This document shows positions 50,568-60,221 of a stretch of 64,000 nucleotides of DNA, piece after piece. The notes under the pieces are model-generated. The model had not been told where the DNA came from. It did not search any database and saw nothing but the letters and a program-made list of their open reading frames with translations. The stretch lies in the NCBI GenBank assembly GCA_965203365.1, contig OZ241878.1:2502174-2566173 (forward strand), given 5' to 3'. A program made the translations under genes and the position numbers. Positions within the stretch are counted from its first letter, which is position 1. Every line of letters starts with the position of its first letter. Source of the DNA: Candidatus Poriferihabitaceae bacterium. GTDB lineage: Bacteria > Pseudomonadota > Gammaproteobacteria > Arenicellales > Poriferihabitantaceae.

Positions 50568-51395
50568 GGCGATTGCTGATGACCGCCCCTTGGTTGACCG
50601 AGTCGACTCGAAATGACTTCAATGGGTAACGCCCCCGAGATACTGTCGTCATAAGACAGGCCGAATGGGGCAGCCTTCACGGAAGAAATGCTCCGGGTTG
50701 ACTGCTGCCAGGACCGACTCTCACCGTCGACCCGATGGGTCGGCCCCCGTCTGGTCCCAGTCGGCCCCCAGCGGCCGGGTCGAAAAGGCCGGGGTGCGCG
50801 GTGGCCTGTGACCCCCGGCGGTTTCCTGAGACGGGCTCCTCGATTCGGCAGACCGGGACGCCGGGACTATCCCCTCATCCCCCTGAACAGACCCAGCTTC
50901 CCCCCCCTGATTGGCCTCCTCGTTCCCCTCGTTTCGTCAGTCGGCTTCTCCTCAGTCAGTCACCGGCACTGGGAACCCAGGTCATCCCCGATCACCTCCC
51001 CCTGTCCGCCGCTGCCGGCCTGGCCAGAACTGCTGCATCCCGGGCATCAGCGGGCGTTTCGTCGAACACCCCCCCGCCCGACCAGGGGTCCACTCCCCCC
51101 AGGCCCGATGCCTCCAGTCCCGAACCCGAAACACCAGGATGGCCTCGAACACCAGACACGGGCACTGATCAGGGATCCGGGCCACCCGGCCGGATCATTC
51201 CCCAGACCGGAATGGCTCTTCCCAAGACCGGAATGGCTCTTCCCAAGATGACCGGAGGCCGCTGATGGGCGCCGCCGCGTCCTGGGGCCGGCGATGGGAG
51301 GACGGGGCTCTGCCTGCGTGGCAGGTCCCCCCCCCAGCGGGTCGCCCCGGCGAACGCCGCGAGGCCCCGCATCGCCCTCCGGATACGCTCCATTC

Positions 51396-51758
51396 CTAGA
51401 GCAACTTGACCAGCGCGACGATCAGTCCTCCCTGGGCGATCAGTGCGCTGAACATCCATTTCAGCAGATCCGCCTTGACCTGCGCCATATCGGCCTTGGT
51501 CCCCTGTCGCAAGGCTTCGATATCGGCCTTGGTCTCCTGTCGCAAGGCTTCGATATCAGCCTTCGTGGCCTGTTTCAGTGCCTCGATATCGGCCTTGGTC
51601 CCCTGTCGCAAGGCTTCGATATCGACCTTCGTGGCCAAATTGGTATTGAGCAGGGCGACCTGCTCCTCAGCCAGCGTTTCCGCCTGCAGCTCAGTAAAGC
51701 CGCTGCCCGTCAAACGCTTGACAAAGCGGTGCGTATCAAATGCGATGGCCTCGGTCAT
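51396..51758 (-). CDS. DUF1640-like coiled-coil, C-terminally anchored protein (short allele)
   Basis: MTEAIAFDTHRFVKRLTGSGFTELQAETLAEEQVALL..., about 4.6 units of an 11-aa repeat, then TM segment LLKWMFSALIAQGGLIVALV. Confidence 0.75.
   Translation of the reverse strand: MTEAIAFDTHRFVKRLTGSGFTELQAETLAEEQVALLNTNLATKVDIEALRQGTKADIEALKQATKADIEALRQETKADIEALRQGTKADMAQVKADLLKWMFSALIAQGGLIVALVKLL
51487..51640. repeat. 33-bp in-frame tandem repeat (~4.6 units)
   Basis: Unit atatcggccttggtc.cctgtcgcaaggcttcg encodes (T)KADIEALRQ(E/G). Confidence 0.85.
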
Positions 51759-52074
51759 GAGGGAAATTATAGACCATCCGCTCCGGCCCAACAAGCCTCG
51801 GCCAAGTCGTCTCCCGGCCGGTCCGTCGCGACCCGGTCGACCGTCATTCGCCCCATCCCGGGGCTGTCATTGACCCCCACCTGACAAATGGTCAGGGAGG
51901 GGGATCCCGGAGCCGGGGTTTCATGGCCGGGTACATGACCGTGGAGTGCCTCAGCAACCCCATGGCCTGCCAGAGTTTCGCCGCGCCGGGCAGCGGCGGG
52001 CGTTGGGAGGGATGAACCCCGATCCGCCGGGCGAGGTCGACCACGCCGGTCGCCAAGGAGAGGGGGTTATCCGG

Positions 52075-52272
52075 TGGGTCAGGGTGGGGGGGGCTGTGGG
52101 CGCATTGTGGCAAAATCGGGTCAGCAGGGACCCCAAGGGGGATGGTCTCGGCCGGTCATCGGGAAATTCGATCAGATTCTCTTGTTTTATAGAGATTGCC
52201 TATTGTTTTGCTGGGGGAACTGGCGACGGACCGAGCCGGGTCGCCCGAAAAAGAGGCGTTTTCTGCCAGACA
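52075..52272 (+). repeat. 198-bp IS-end-like repeat R2 (copy b)
   Basis: Inverted copy of 31878-32075. Abuts the stop codon of the second DUF1640 gene. Confidence 0.7.
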
Positions 52273-52273
52273 A

Positions 52274-52930
52274 CTAGAGTATCTTGACCAGCGCGACGAC
52301 CAACGCGACGATCAGTCCTCCCTGGGCGATCAGTGCGCTGAACATCCATTTCAGCAGATCCGCCTTGACCTGCGCCATATCGGCCTTGGTCTCCTGTCGC
52401 AAGGTTTCGATATCAGCCTTGATCTTCGCCATATCGGCCTTGGTCTCCTGTCGCAAGGCTTCGATATCCGCCTTCGTGGCCTGTTTCAGTGCCTCGATAT
52501 CGGCCCTGATCTGCGCCACATCGGCCTTGGTCTCCTGTCGCAAGGCTTCGATATCCGCCTTCGTGGCCTGTTTCAGTGCCTCGATATCGGCCCTGATCTG
52601 CGCCACATCGGCCTTGGTCTCCTGTCGCAAGGCTTCGATATCCGCCTTCGTGGCCTGTTTCAGTGCCTCGATATCGGCCTTGGTCTCCTGTCGCAAGACT
52701 TCGATATCAGCCTTCGTGGCCTGTTTCAGTGCCTCGATATCGGCCCTGATCTCCGCCACATCGACCTTGGTCTTCTGTCGCAAGGCTTCGATATCGACCT
52801 TCGTGGCCAAATTGGTGTTGAGCAGGGCGACCTGCTCCTCAGCCAGCGTTTCCGCCTGCAGCTCAGTAAAGCCGCTGCCCGTCAAACGCTTGACAAAGCG
52901 GTGCGTATCAAATGCGATGGCTTCGGTCAT
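52274..52930 (-). CDS. DUF1640-like coiled-coil protein (expanded allele)
   Basis: Same N-terminal 45 aa and C-terminal TM as 51396-51758, but ~13 repeat units. The 395-aa ORF reading in from the GFA pseudogene is a read-through artefact. Confidence 0.75.
   Translation of the reverse strand: MTEAIAFDTHRFVKRLTGSGFTELQAETLAEEQVALLNTNLATKVDIEALRQKTKVDVAEIRADIEALKQATKADIEVLRQETKADIEALKQATKADIEALRQETKADVAQIRADIEALKQATKADIEALRQETKADVAQIRADIEALKQATKADIEALRQETKADMAKIKADIETLRQETKADMAQVKADLLKWMFSALIAQGGLIVALVVALVKIL
52370..52810. repeat. 33-bp in-frame tandem repeat (~13 units, with 99-bp higher-order periodicity)
   Basis: Visible periodicity in DNA and in the translation (TKADIEALKQA TKADIEALRQE TKADVAQIRAD ...). 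Confidence 0.85.
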
Positions 52931-53094
52931 GAGGAAATTATAGCCCATCCACTCCGGCCCAACAAGCCTCGGCCAGGTCGGCTCCGAAAGCGTTCCGTCT
53001 GACGGGAAAACTGCGGGCGTCTCCGCTGGAACTCGACCCCGACGCCCGCCCGTTCTCTTCCGCGTCGGACTCGGCTTCCAAGCCGACTTCACCC

Positions 53095-53461
53095 ACCAGC
53101 CCCGGCGCAAGCCAAGGCTTGACCCCCGTGGTCCAGCGATCACTGGTGGGGCAATGCCCGAGGGTTCGTCGAGCATACCGGCCTGCAGGCTGATCGTGAG
53201 GCCGCCTTCCCCGCGAACGCCCCCACCCGCACGATCGAGTCGGGTACCGCATGCGCCCCAGCGCGAGCAGGGTTTCACGCCTCTCGAGTCGCCTCTCGTG
53301 TGGTAAAGGCGCCGCTCGGGGCCTGTGAACTCGACTGCGTCCCACTCCATCCCCATTGACAGCCCAAACGCGCTTGAGGACTGCTTCTGGCCAATCATGC
53401 AGTGGCAGGCGTAGAGCGCAACCGGGGCGCGAAGAAGCCGGTAGCGGATTGCACCGCACAC
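53095..53461 (-). pseudogene. GFA-family (CENP-V/glutathione-dependent formaldehyde-activating-like) gene, frameshifted
   Basis: CGAIRY...ACHC..CQKQSSSAF...C..CGTRL...GMLDEP in one frame, then ...HCPTSDRWTTGVKPWL in another. The N-terminus also looks shortened. Confidence 0.45.
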
Positions 53462-53747
53462 ACCCGGTTACCCCGATACCAGTAAGATAATGCTATGGTG
53501 CCAAACTAGGCATTGCGCTGGCAAGACTTTCACCCGCCAGCAAGGCAGCCGGACTCAAGGCCCGTGGGCTGAACCTCTACCGGGCAGGAGTCGAACCGGC
53601 TGGACTGCGATACGGAGTTTCAGTCTGGTCATCACGTTCCCCATCCCAGGACTGGGCTGGCGCCAGGGCGCCGGACATCATGTCCAATGATCAACCGGTC
53701 CTGGCGCAAGGTAAAGACCGCCTCATTGCGACGAACCGGCTACATGT

Positions 53748-55082
53748 TCAGTGATCCAGCCGCCCCGGGAGCCATGTCGCCAGTGCCGGAAACACAACGA
53801 CCAGCACGACCGCCACGGCCAGCAACAGAAAGAACGGCAGCGCACATCGGGCCACATACAGGATGTTCCTGCCCGTCAGACCTTGCAGCACGAACAGGTT
53901 GAAGCCCACCGGCGGAGTGATCTGGGACATCTCGACGACGAGCACGAGGTAGATGCCGAACCAGACAAGATCCAGTCCCGCGGCCTCGATCATCGGCATG
54001 ACCACGGATGTGGTCAGCACCACCACCGAGATGCCGTCAAGAAAGCAACCGAGAATCACGAAAAAGACCGTCAGGACAAGAACCAGCATGTCGGGCGACA
54101 GTTGCAGGGTCCCGATCCACGCGGCAAGTTGCCGCGGAATGCCGGTAAACCCCATGGCAACGGTCAGGAATGCCGCTCCACCCAATATGAAAGCGATCAT
54201 ACACGACGTTCTTGTCGCGCCCATCAGCGCTTCGAAGAAGGTCTCCCGGGACAGGGACCCCGTGATCCATGACAACAGGAGGGCCAGCACAACCCCGATG
54301 GCCGCCGCCTCGGTGGGCGATGCGAAGCCGGTGTAGATCGTGGCGATGACGCCGACGATGAGCGCCAGAACCGGCAATAGGCACCGGGCGGCCCGAATCC
54401 GCGCCACCAGCTCCATCCGCATGTCCCCCTGAGGGACCTGCCCGGAGTGGACCAGCGACCAGACAACCACATAGGACATGAACAGGAGGATCAGCAGCAC
54501 CCCCGGGATCACCCCGGCAATGAAAAGCCGAACGATGGACTGATCGGTGCTGACCCCATAAACGATCAGGATGATCGAGGGCGGAATCAACAGGCCGAAC
54601 GTGCCGGAACCGGCCAGCGTTCCGATCATGATCCGCTCGTCATAACCGCGCCGCACAAGTTCCGGGATCGACATCCTGCCGATGGTCGCTGTGGTCGCTG
54701 CCGAGGAACCCGACACCGCGGCGAATATCCCACACCCCAAGATATTAACATGCAGCAGGCGCCCGGGCAATCGGTCGACCCAAGGCGCGATGCCTTCGAA
54801 CAGGTCCTCGGACAGTCGTGAACGGAACAGGATTTCACCCATCCAGATGAACATGGGCAATGCCACCAGCTCCCAGGAATTGCTGCCCCCCCATACGGTG
54901 ATCGCCATGATCGGCCCCGCCGGCACGGAAGTGAATCCGACGATCGCGATTACCGCCACGCCGAGCAGGGAAAGCGCCACCCACACCCCACTGCCGAGCA
55001 GGAGGAACAAGGATATCAGTAGCGTCAGTGAGAGGGCAGCCTGTTCCAAGGGGGCCCCCTTACGGTAAACCAGCCCCGTCAT
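53748..55082 (-). CDS. dctM: TRAP transporter large permease
   Basis: 444-aa polytopic membrane protein. Overlaps dctQ by 23 nt. DctM-like repeats. Confidence 0.9.
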   Translation of the reverse strand: MTGLVYRKGAPLEQAALSLTLLISLFLLLGSGVWVALSLLGVAVIAIVGFTSVPAGPIMAITVWGGSNSWELVALPMFIWMGEILFRSRLSEDLFEGIAPWVDRLPGRLLHVNILGCGIFAAVSGSSAATTATIGRMSIPELVRRGYDERIMIGTLAGSGTFGLLIPPSIILIVYGVSTDQSIVRLFIAGVIPGVLLILLFMSYVVVWSLVHSGQVPQGDMRMELVARIRAARCLLPVLALIVGVIATIYTGFASPTEAAAIGVVLALLLSWITGSLSRETFFEALMGATRTSCMIAFILGGAAFLTVAMGFTGIPRQLAAWIGTLQLSPDMLVLVLTVFFVILGCFLDGISVVVLTTSVVMPMIEAAGLDLVWFGIYLVLVVEMSQITPPVGFNLFVLQGLTGRNILYVARCALPFFLLLAVAVVLVVVFPALATWLPGRLDH

Positions 55083-55665
55083 CCCGAACGGCTTCGCCCG
55101 GGGGCTGTTCAGACTGCCCGTACGAAGGATCCCAACGGCGAAGGACGGATACCAGATCGTCCAGGGCGGCGATGGTCAGCACGACCAGCCCCATCGCCAT
55201 GAAGCCTTGGGGAATCCACAGCGGCACCGGCACCATGCCCACCGACACCTCGCCGAAGGCCAGGCTGTCGAGAACGAGCAGGACGGCATGGCTGGCGAAG
55301 AACCCGGCGAATCCTGCGGCGAACGCGAGACACCAGATTTCCGCTCCCCGCCGCGCCCTGTCAGGGAGGCGCACCAGACACAGCAGGACCCGTATGTGAT
55401 CTCCATGCCGAAGCGTATAGGCGAGCGCGAGGAAGGAGGAGGACGCAAACAGGAACCCTGAAAACTCGGCCGCCGAAGGGATATAGAACCCGAAACCGCG
55501 ACCGGTCACAGCCAATGCGATGGCGTCTACGATCCTCCCGGCAACCTGCCCCGCGACAATCAGGCAGATGAACACCAGGCAAAGGGCCGCGAGCGCTCCG
55601 CTGATGCGATAGAGACCGTCCAGCACGGCTCGCATCAGGGGTTTGCCGGAGGAATGCAACGCCAC
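55060..55665 (-). CDS. dctQ: TRAP transporter small permease
   Basis: About 4 TM helices, between dctP and dctM. The start may be at 55635. Confidence 0.8.
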   Translation of the reverse strand: MALHSSGKPLMRAVLDGLYRISGALAALCLVFICLIVAGQVAGRIVDAIALAVTGRGFGFYIPSAAEFSGFLFASSSFLALAYTLRHGDHIRVLLCLVRLPDRARRGAEIWCLAFAAGFAGFFASHAVLLVLDSLAFGEVSVGMVPVPLWIPQGFMAMGLVVLTIAALDDLVSVLRRWDPSYGQSEQPPGEAVRDDGAGLP

Positions 55666-55681
55666 CCGCCCGCGGATCGGG

Positions 55682-56659
55682 CTATTGCCGATAAGCTTCC
55701 AGGATCATCTGGCCAGCCTCGCCGGCTCGAGCAACCCATTCTTCTGTCATGGTGTGGCCGATTGCCCTGAAGCTGTCCATCAGCCCGCCCCCCGGCATGA
55801 CGATGATCATGCCGTTGTCTTCCATTTCGGTGATCTTCTCATCGGCTTCCCTCATGCTGGCCGCCCAGCCGCGCTCCTCGGCCCGGCGTGCCGCGGCCAG
55901 CACGGCTTCCCGGACCTCGGGCCCAAGCCCCCCGAAGGCCGCCTGATTGACCACCACCATGTTTTTCGGGAGCCAGGCCCGGGTATGATGAAAATGGGAC
56001 ACATAGTCCCACGCCTTGGTGTTCGCCCCCGTCGAGGGCGAGGTGATCATGGCCTCGACCCGCCCGCTGGCGAAAGCGACCGGTATATCCGGCACCTCCA
56101 CCTGCGTCGGAAGCGCCCCGGCGAGTTCGGCGACCCGCTCCGTGCTGGTGTTGTACGCCCGGAACTTCATGCCAGCCAGATCCTCAATCGTACGGATTTC
56201 CTTGCCCGCATAGATGCCCTGGGGCGGCCATGGAACCGCATACAACAACAACAGGCCCTGCTTCTCGAGTCTGGCCTTCAGTACCGGATAGCTGGCCTTC
56301 CAGAGTTTCCGAGCCTGACCATAATCAGTGGCAAGAAAGGGCACGGAATCGATCTCGAATACCGCGTCCTCGTTTCCAAGCCGAGACATGAGCACCTCGC
56401 CGAGGGGGACGAGGCCGTTCCTGACCGAACTCTTGATCTGGGGATGCTTGATCAGGGAACCGCCGCTGTGCACGGTGATCGTCAATGCGCCGCCTGTCGC
56501 CTTGTTCACATCCTCGGCAAAGGCGCTGACATTGACGGTGTGAAAGGTGCCGTCACCATACGGGGTGGGCATATCCCAGGTTTCCCTTGCCGCAACCCCC
56601 TGACCCAAACCCAGGCAGACCATCGCCAGCAGGCATCTTGTTGCCAATTTGGTCGTCAC
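55682..56659 (-). CDS. dctP: TRAP transporter substrate-binding protein (DctP family)
   Basis: Signal peptide MTTKLATRCLLAMVCLGLGQGVAA. DctP-like body of 325 aa. Confidence 0.9.
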   Translation of the reverse strand: MTTKLATRCLLAMVCLGLGQGVAARETWDMPTPYGDGTFHTVNVSAFAEDVNKATGGALTITVHSGGSLIKHPQIKSSVRNGLVPLGEVLMSRLGNEDAVFEIDSVPFLATDYGQARKLWKASYPVLKARLEKQGLLLLYAVPWPPQGIYAGKEIRTIEDLAGMKFRAYNTSTERVAELAGALPTQVEVPDIPVAFASGRVEAMITSPSTGANTKAWDYVSHFHHTRAWLPKNMVVVNQAAFGGLGPEVREAVLAAARRAEERGWAASMREADEKITEMEDNGMIIVMPGGGLMDSFRAIGHTMTEEWVARAGEAGQMILEAYRQ

Positions 56660-56948
56660 TCTCTTTCACCAAGGTGTTTGTGGAACGGCGCGGCCCGGTC
56701 AGGGCCAACCCGCCAGGACAGGAATGAGGATAACACATCGATCAGCGCAATCAACAAATCAGCCAGGGTCTGACAGGACGATTCTATTGTCGGACAACGG
56801 GTGATGTGGGCGTGTTCAGGCGACCATTGGAGAAAGCGTTTCGTTGTCTGCGTACCCGTTTGGGCCACGTGGAGCTGCCATCGACTGCATCGAAGGCAGC
56901 CACGCACTGGTTCCCGACATTGATTCGAGAAAACAATGGTCCTGAGGC

Positions 56949-56972
56949 TTGACAGGAGGGGGGGGGTACAGT
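56949..56972 (+). promoter_or_regulatory. Putative delta promoter with a G9 tract in the spacer
   Basis: TTGACA (56949-56954), gga plus G9 (56958-56966) giving a 12-nt spacer, then TACAGT (56967-56972). Confidence 0.45.
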
Positions 56973-57134
56973 TGCCGGTCAGTCTGCCCGAACGGTTGAA
57001 CGCAGGGCGGCTGATCAAGCGATGCAATGCAGGTTGGTGTTTGGGTTCGGCCAGGGGGTGCACCCCCTGGCCGGGTTCCCGGGCAGCCGGACCGGCAGGG
57101 CCTCGGAATACCAAATCTGCAACGTGAACTGAAC

Positions 57135-58781
57135 ATGAACAAACACAATGTCTTAATGGCGGTCTTGCTGGCCGCTGGGTTGGCCTTGGCGGGCTGCGGG
57201 GGCGGCAGCGGTCCGGCGACGGCCCCGAACGACGGCGAGATGACACCCGAGATGACCCCGGCGCAACTTGCTGACGCGGCGGACAAGGACCTCAAGGCGG
57301 CGGAGACGGCTGTCGGCAGGGTGACGGACACGGCCGATGACGCCAGGGTCACCGACGCCGATACGAAGGTGAAGGCGGCCAAGGCGGCCGTCAACCAGGT
57401 GCCTGCCGCGCAGCGGGCCGACCTCAGCGAGCGGCTCGGGAAGCTTGAGGCGAGGCTTGACGCCGCGAAGGTGTCCCGCACGGCCGCCCTGGAGAAAAAG
57501 AGGATGGCCGAGGCCGCGGCGATGAAGGAGACGGCGGGCAAGCTGTATGCCGGCATTGCCGCGAGAAATTTTGGTGGCAGTAATAGTGTAGGGCGGCGGG
57601 GTGCGTACTTTGATGATCAGAATCTCAAGGTGCAGATTGACGGGAATGAGGTTACCCTGAAAAAAGACAAGGAGGCGATGGTCCCGGCGATCAAGGACTG
57701 GGTGGGAGAGAAGTACACCCTGACCGAAGGTGTCGATACCTACGAGGCCTATATTTACGGCGATATGGCGGAAGGCAGTTTGAAGACGCTCAAGGAAAAG
57801 CATGACGAATATGACGAAACCACCGGCGTGTTGCCCTGGGCAGAAGTCCTGAGAAGCTCTGGCTCCCGCATTGGACGCACTGGTTTCGGCATCACAGCCG
57901 GGTACAAGACTTACCCGCCAGATAATCCCGGCGGCACCGAGGTGACGATCAAGGGCACCTACCTCGGCGTACCCGGCACCTACCGGTGCGTGCCGAATAA
58001 AGGTTATCGGTGCGCAGCGTATCTGTACGTCGAAAACAATGATGATAAGGAAACCATCGTTCTTACCGGACAGCAGATCGAAAATGAAGGGTACCGGAAC
58101 GATAACGTGACTTGGACGTTCAAGGCGGACGACCCGAAGGCCAAGGTCAGGCAGGCGGACGCGGTCGGCTGGTCCATGTACGGCTGGTGGATCAAGAAGT
58201 CCAGTGACACTGGTACCTTGACCGCAAGCGCGTTCTATGACATCAGGAGCGGGAGTGTGACGGGAGTCGACAGGACAAATGTACCCCAGCAGATACACGG
58301 CGATGCGACCTATGAGGGTGGGGCCGCTGGCCTGTACGCACTCTACAGCAACCCCAGCAGTGGGCACGACGCCGGCCAGTTCGTTGCAGACGCCCGGTTT
58401 GAAGCGAACTTCGATACCGACAAGGTCAGTGGTGTCATCAACAACTTCAGGACAGGCAACCTCGGGACGTCACCGGAAAGGCCGCGGGACTGGTCCGTCG
58501 AACTGATGCCGGTGAATATTAAGAATAACAATACCAGCGTGAGTAGTAGTACGCCTAATGCAGGCGCCCATGGCGAGACCGAAAAGACCAAATGGACCAT
58601 CGGCGGAACCGCTGCAGCAGCCTCCGGCAACTGGTTCGGAGGGTTCAGTCAGAAGGATAATGGCATCGGCAAGAGCGTAATCCCGCAGACGGTAATCGGG
58701 AACTTCTACTCCGAATACGGCCGGGTGGGCAAGATCGTCGGCGGCTTCGGGGCGAATCTGAAGACGCAGACGGAGGAGTAG
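57135..58781 (+). CDS. Surface lipoprotein delta (TbpB/fHbp-like, intact)
   Basis: The first 75 nt are identical to alpha1/beta1 (MNKHNVLMAVLLAAGLALAG|CGGGS). YGWWIKK motif and barrel signature GDATYEGGAAGLYA...FVADARFEANF...GVINNF...WSV...GNFYSEYG..GKIVGGFGA. Confidence 0.85.
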   Translation: MNKHNVLMAVLLAAGLALAGCGGGSGPATAPNDGEMTPEMTPAQLADAADKDLKAAETAVGRVTDTADDARVTDADTKVKAAKAAVNQVPAAQRADLSERLGKLEARLDAAKVSRTAALEKKRMAEAAAMKETAGKLYAGIAARNFGGSNSVGRRGAYFDDQNLKVQIDGNEVTLKKDKEAMVPAIKDWVGEKYTLTEGVDTYEAYIYGDMAEGSLKTLKEKHDEYDETTGVLPWAEVLRSSGSRIGRTGFGITAGYKTYPPDNPGGTEVTIKGTYLGVPGTYRCVPNKGYRCAAYLYVENNDDKETIVLTGQQIENEGYRNDNVTWTFKADDPKAKVRQADAVGWSMYGWWIKKSSDTGTLTASAFYDIRSGSVTGVDRTNVPQQIHGDATYEGGAAGLYALYSNPSSGHDAGQFVADARFEANFDTDKVSGVINNFRTGNLGTSPERPRDWSVELMPVNIKNNNTSVSSSTPNAGAHGETEKTKWTIGGTAAAASGNWFGGFSQKDNGIGKSVIPQTVIGNFYSEYGRVGKIVGGFGANLKTQTEE

Positions 58782-59439
58782 CACCGCCCGCAGAATAGCG
58801 CCTCGCCACGGCGCCGTCTCGCCCGCCAGCGTCGGTCCTAAACCTCAATGGTGACCTGGCGGGTGCCTTCGGCGGCACGCGGGGGCAGATCCTCATAAGC
58901 GCAGGACGATTCTTTGTCCGGCCGGTCATGATCGGGCCAGCAATTTCCGCCAAGGAAATCCCCCCGTGGATTCGGCGGGATTTTCGGGTGCAGAGGCATG
59001 ATGCCCCGTATTCGGGGGGCGCGAGCCATCCGTTCATCTGGCCAGGGCCAATGGGCCTTGGGGGCGGTGTGGTTTCGGGTCGTGTTGAACCGTGAACCGT
59101 TTGCGTCGGGCCGGGGGGACCCGAAGAAGAGCCCCCTCGGGGTCGCTGACATCCCATGAGATTGCATCCAGCTGCTCCGGGGTGATATCCGGCTTGAGGA
59201 GTGCACTGCGCCCGGGTGGGGCCGGCGTTTCGCGTGGGGGGCGTGATGTTCCGGGCAGCGTCGTCGGCCAGAAGGGATGACCGGATTAAGGAGTACAGAC
59301 GGCCCGTCCCTTCACGACCGGAACGCTCCCCGCGTAGCGGAAGTCATTTTTTCCCTGAAAAGTCTTGATTCCGGATTGAAATTTCGGGGGGGTAGGTAGA
59401 ATGAATCCTGCTGATGCAAGACCCGCACCGCCCCCCGGA

Positions 59440-60013
59440 TCTGTCATTCACACCCACCTGACAAATGGTCAGGGAGAGGGATCCCGGAGCCGGGGTTTCA
59501 TGGCTTGGTACATACGTGGAGTGCCTCAGCAACCCCATGGCCTGCTAGAGTTTCGCCGCGCCGGGCATTGGCTGGCGTTGGGAGGGATGAAACCCGACCC
59601 GCCGGGCGAGGTCGACCACGCAGGTCGCCAATCGGGTCGAGCAGGGGTTGTTCCGCCCCGCCGAACGGCGGCAGCGGGCCCTGGCCATTCAGGCCGTCAT
59701 CGCCTGGCGCCATCCTGGTGATGATCCTGCTCCGGCCGTCCAATACCCAACTGTGAACCCCAGTGGATGTTCACTGACGTCGAGTTGACCTTCTGGCAGG
59801 AGGATGCCGAACAGGTCTGACTGAATGGACCCCACCCATTGGGGGATGCGGTGCCATGGGGTGCGCATCTGGGGGGGTACCGGGGTCGCCGGCAGGATCC
59901 GGATCCCGGCCATCAGATCAGGTGGCCTGGGCAGACCCGACTGACCAGTGCCACTCTGGGGCATGAGATCGGCCAGGGCAAGGGCTATGCCAGGGGATTC
60001 GAAGCCGGTCAAC
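59440..60013 (-). mobile_element. Unclassified IS-like remnant (multiple stops and frameshifts)
   Basis: Contains the 101-bp repeat (59913-60013) and the junction module ...VVDLARRVGFHPSQRQPMPGAAKL*QAMGLL. Family not recognised. Confidence 0.4.
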
Positions 60014-60221
60014 AAGCGGCCTTAAGGTTACTCCGCCCTCCGACACCCAAGGACGCGGCTTCCCCCAAACCATGACCCCCTGACGGGGGGGATCCGGCGG
60101 AATCTCCGCCGGGCTGGCCCCTGACATCGGGGTCCCAGCGGGTCAACAGGGCGTCACACAGTCGATGATGAATTGCCAGCGTCATCCATGATTTGTGTAT
60201 GCTCGGTAGCCTGCGGCGGCG

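Noticed and set aside
50650-51395. Overlapping Pro/Arg-rich ORFs (50688-51251, 50735-51265, 51169-51459) and a 2 x 21-bp tandem repeat (51204-51245)
   Set aside because: Low-complexity translations appear in all frames, with no start context or motifs. The region is probably non-coding debris between the IS5 remnant and the DUF1640 gene.
52370-52810. Regular 33-bp periodic repeats that could look like a CRISPR array
   Set aside because: There are no unique spacers. The repeats are contiguous and in frame, and they encode the coiled-coil of a DUF1640-like protein.
52274-53461. 395-aa ORF fusing GFA-like and DUF1640-like sequence
   Set aside because: It is a read-through of a frameshifted GFA pseudogene into the DUF1640 gene. 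The DUF1640 paralog at 51396-51758 starts at the internal MTEAIAF.
53585-53612. tRNA-like T-arm (minus strand GCCGGTTCGACTCCTGC followed by CCGGTAG), possibly a tRNA or an ICE att remnant
   Set aside because: There is no matching 5' acceptor strand, D-arm or anticodon stem within 90 nt, and the T-stem contains a mismatch. At most it is a tRNA 3' relic, and I cannot support even that.
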